Shown in pieces: positions 61,754 to 64,000 of a DNA stretch of 64,000 nucleotides; the stretch's first letter is position 1; every line of letters begins with the position of its first letter. Source of the DNA: Raja brachyura. Its lineage: Eukaryota. The notes beneath the pieces were generated by a model that did no database searches, was not told the origin of the DNA, and was given only the letters and a program-made list of their open reading frames with translations. Position numbers and translations under genes: made by a program. The DNA lies in NCBI GenBank assembly GCA_963514005.1, contig OY740804.1:18476001-18540000 (forward strand). The letters run 5' to 3'.

Positions 61754-62249
61754 CTGAAACAAAAATAGAAATTAAGTAATTTAAATTCCTGGTGACATAT
61801 TAGCTAAAGCGTGTTCGTATCCAAATGTCAATGTGTTTTCTTGCAAGAAGTGAGTTTCTAAAAAGTATTTTCATAACATCCATAAGAGCTACTTGTTCAA
61901 AGCTGTAGAGGCGAATGGGATAGCAGGGAGACTTGTAACTCCTGTCCAAACATATTTCTGAAACTGGTGGCAAGTATAATTGACGGATGTTTACATGACC
62001 AGAAGTATGTTCAAATTGAGTTCAAAGAAAGTCAGTTGTCCATTATTTTGTGATGTACTGTTGTTATTCGTTTAACGTAATTGTATGCAACGTGATAAAG
62101 AACTGTACAGAAGCGATAGACAAATCATTGGTTTGGCGCTACAAAAACAATTTGGAAATTCACAGCACTCATATTGTCGGGTTAGCTGGGCAGAAAGCAA
62201 CAGCGACGAAAATTTAATGAACAAATTGACGTCATAACATATTAAGATC

Positions 62250-63150
62250 ACGCCGAAAGACATCTTAATACAGTGTAAATGGGAAATATCTAGGACAGTG
62301 GAGAAGCAATAGTAGACCGGAATACATAGCCAGAGATTGTAAAAGACAATCAAATAGACCTAAAAGACATTTTGGACCACCTGTTGATTATTACATAAAG
62401 TTCTCGTCGCCACAATTTCAGTAAAATAAATTTACAAATGTGCTCCTACGTTCGTTGAAGTTGATTAAATGGGCTAGGTTAGTGGTCTACGAAGACAATA
62501 GACGATATGGAGACTGAAATAAGGTGCATAAAGTGATGACGGGCCTTGGCATATTACATATCAAGTAGTGATTCTCTTAGATAAGTGACGAAATCTGGAT
62601 GACATACATGACTGTCTCAGGTAGATTGGGCGGGCAAAAAGGCTTTGAAAACTTTGGCTTTCAACAGTCAAACAGTATTGAGTACAAAGGTTGTGGATCA
62701 TGTTGCAGTTATATAAGACCTTGGTGCGACCACATTTAGTGTAATGCGTTCACTTCTGGGAACTAAGGTACAGAAAATATGTTATTCTTTGGAGCGCAGG
62801 AAGATGAGGGGTTGTCGTATATAAATCTACACAATCGTGAGGGGAACAGATCGGATGAACGCACATAACCTCTTGCCCGCGGGAGGGGAATTGGGGACCA
62901 GAAGATATTCGTTTAAGGTAGGGGGGTGCGTTTTATAACACAGAGTGTGGTGGATATGTGGACCGCGCTGCCGGAGAAAATAGTTGCGGCAAGTATTACC
63001 GCAAGTTTCCGAACCATTTTGACAGGTATATGGATAGAGCAGGTTTACGGGGATATGAGCCAAACATGGGGCATGTGGGACTGGTGTAGATGGGATATGT
63101 TTTTCGTTCTGGGCGAATTGGACAGATGGGCCTTTTTCCACACTGTATGA
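62250..63150 (+). mobile_element. Old CR1 RT and 3' fragment
   Basis: FITQSVVDMWTALPEKIV and ttatataagaccttggtgcgaccacattta (LYKTLVRPHL). Confidence 0.75.
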
Positions 63151-64000
63151 ATCTATTCAGGTTTAGGGTTAGGTGTGGTTTAGTCATATTGACCGAGGAA
63201 CAGTGAAGAAAGCATTGTTTTGCTCGCTATCCGAACAGATCTTCTATACCATATATACATACAGCATGTTCAAACTCAGGCACGCTAGATAAAGCAAAAG
63301 GTGAGATACAGAATGAAGAATATCCTTCTCAGCATTGTAGCGCATCGGTTCTATAGGCCGATATTGGCAATCGGGTAGCGGTGAATGGAACATCGTACAA
63401 AAGTATGTGATAATATGTTGATAAGTTGATGAAACAGCCTTTTCCGAAATATCAGTGTCGAAAAATCTCAACTGGTGAAGTGTTGGAGACAGAAACCCCT
63501 ATCGTGTTTAACTTTGAAAGTGCCCGGGTGCGAATCAGAGAGCCTTGAACGGCAAAGGAGCGTCAGTGATGAAAAATTAATTAGATAGAGTTTCAGGCTG
63601 CCGGCTGCCGTGGGCCAGCGAAACGGAGCACTCCCCGCCGGCGATCCCCTAGCGAGGGCTCGCCCGCTCCACGCCGAGAGTCTACGCTGCGTCCGCCCCT
63701 GAAGCCCCGGGCGCGACTCCGGGAAAGGCCGCCCGATCCTTGCTGTTAGGCCACTGGGGAGACGACCTGGATGGACCTATGGACCTATGTTATCGATGGA
63801 GCCACTGGGCGTGCCCGCAAGAAATAATAAAATGCCAATTTGTTTGTTGTCATTAGAACGTTGCGAAATATGGAAAGACTAATGCTCTACGAGTGTTGCT
63901 CATCGTAATGAAATTACAATCAACGCAACCTTTGCTGAATGGTATAATTAAATGGTCGGAATTGTACCCCAACTTGTCACTACGTCATATTCCATGTCTC

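Overview
Vertebrate genomic DNA, most likely a cartilaginous fish (skate/ray). This is inferred from its CR1, Rex1/Babar, Penelope-like and HE1-type repeat families. There are three assembly gaps. The long ORFs in the track are retroelement remnants or low-complexity artefacts. Reading splice signals on the minus strand reveals a gene the ORF track misses: at least 25 symmetric phase-1 micro-exons (14 x 27 nt, 9 x 36 nt including one cut by a gap, 1 x 30 nt, 1 x 42 nt) spread over about 60 kb (61753 to 2025). They splice into a roughly 258-codon open frame with a coiled-coil heptad pattern. A 36-nt plus a 27-nt exon make 21 aa (three heptads), and a higher-order unit 36-27-36-27-36-27-27-27 (81 aa) occurs twice in a row. 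Neither end of the gene is recognisable in the window, so its identity is unknown. The exons were found by eye and there is no transcript evidence.
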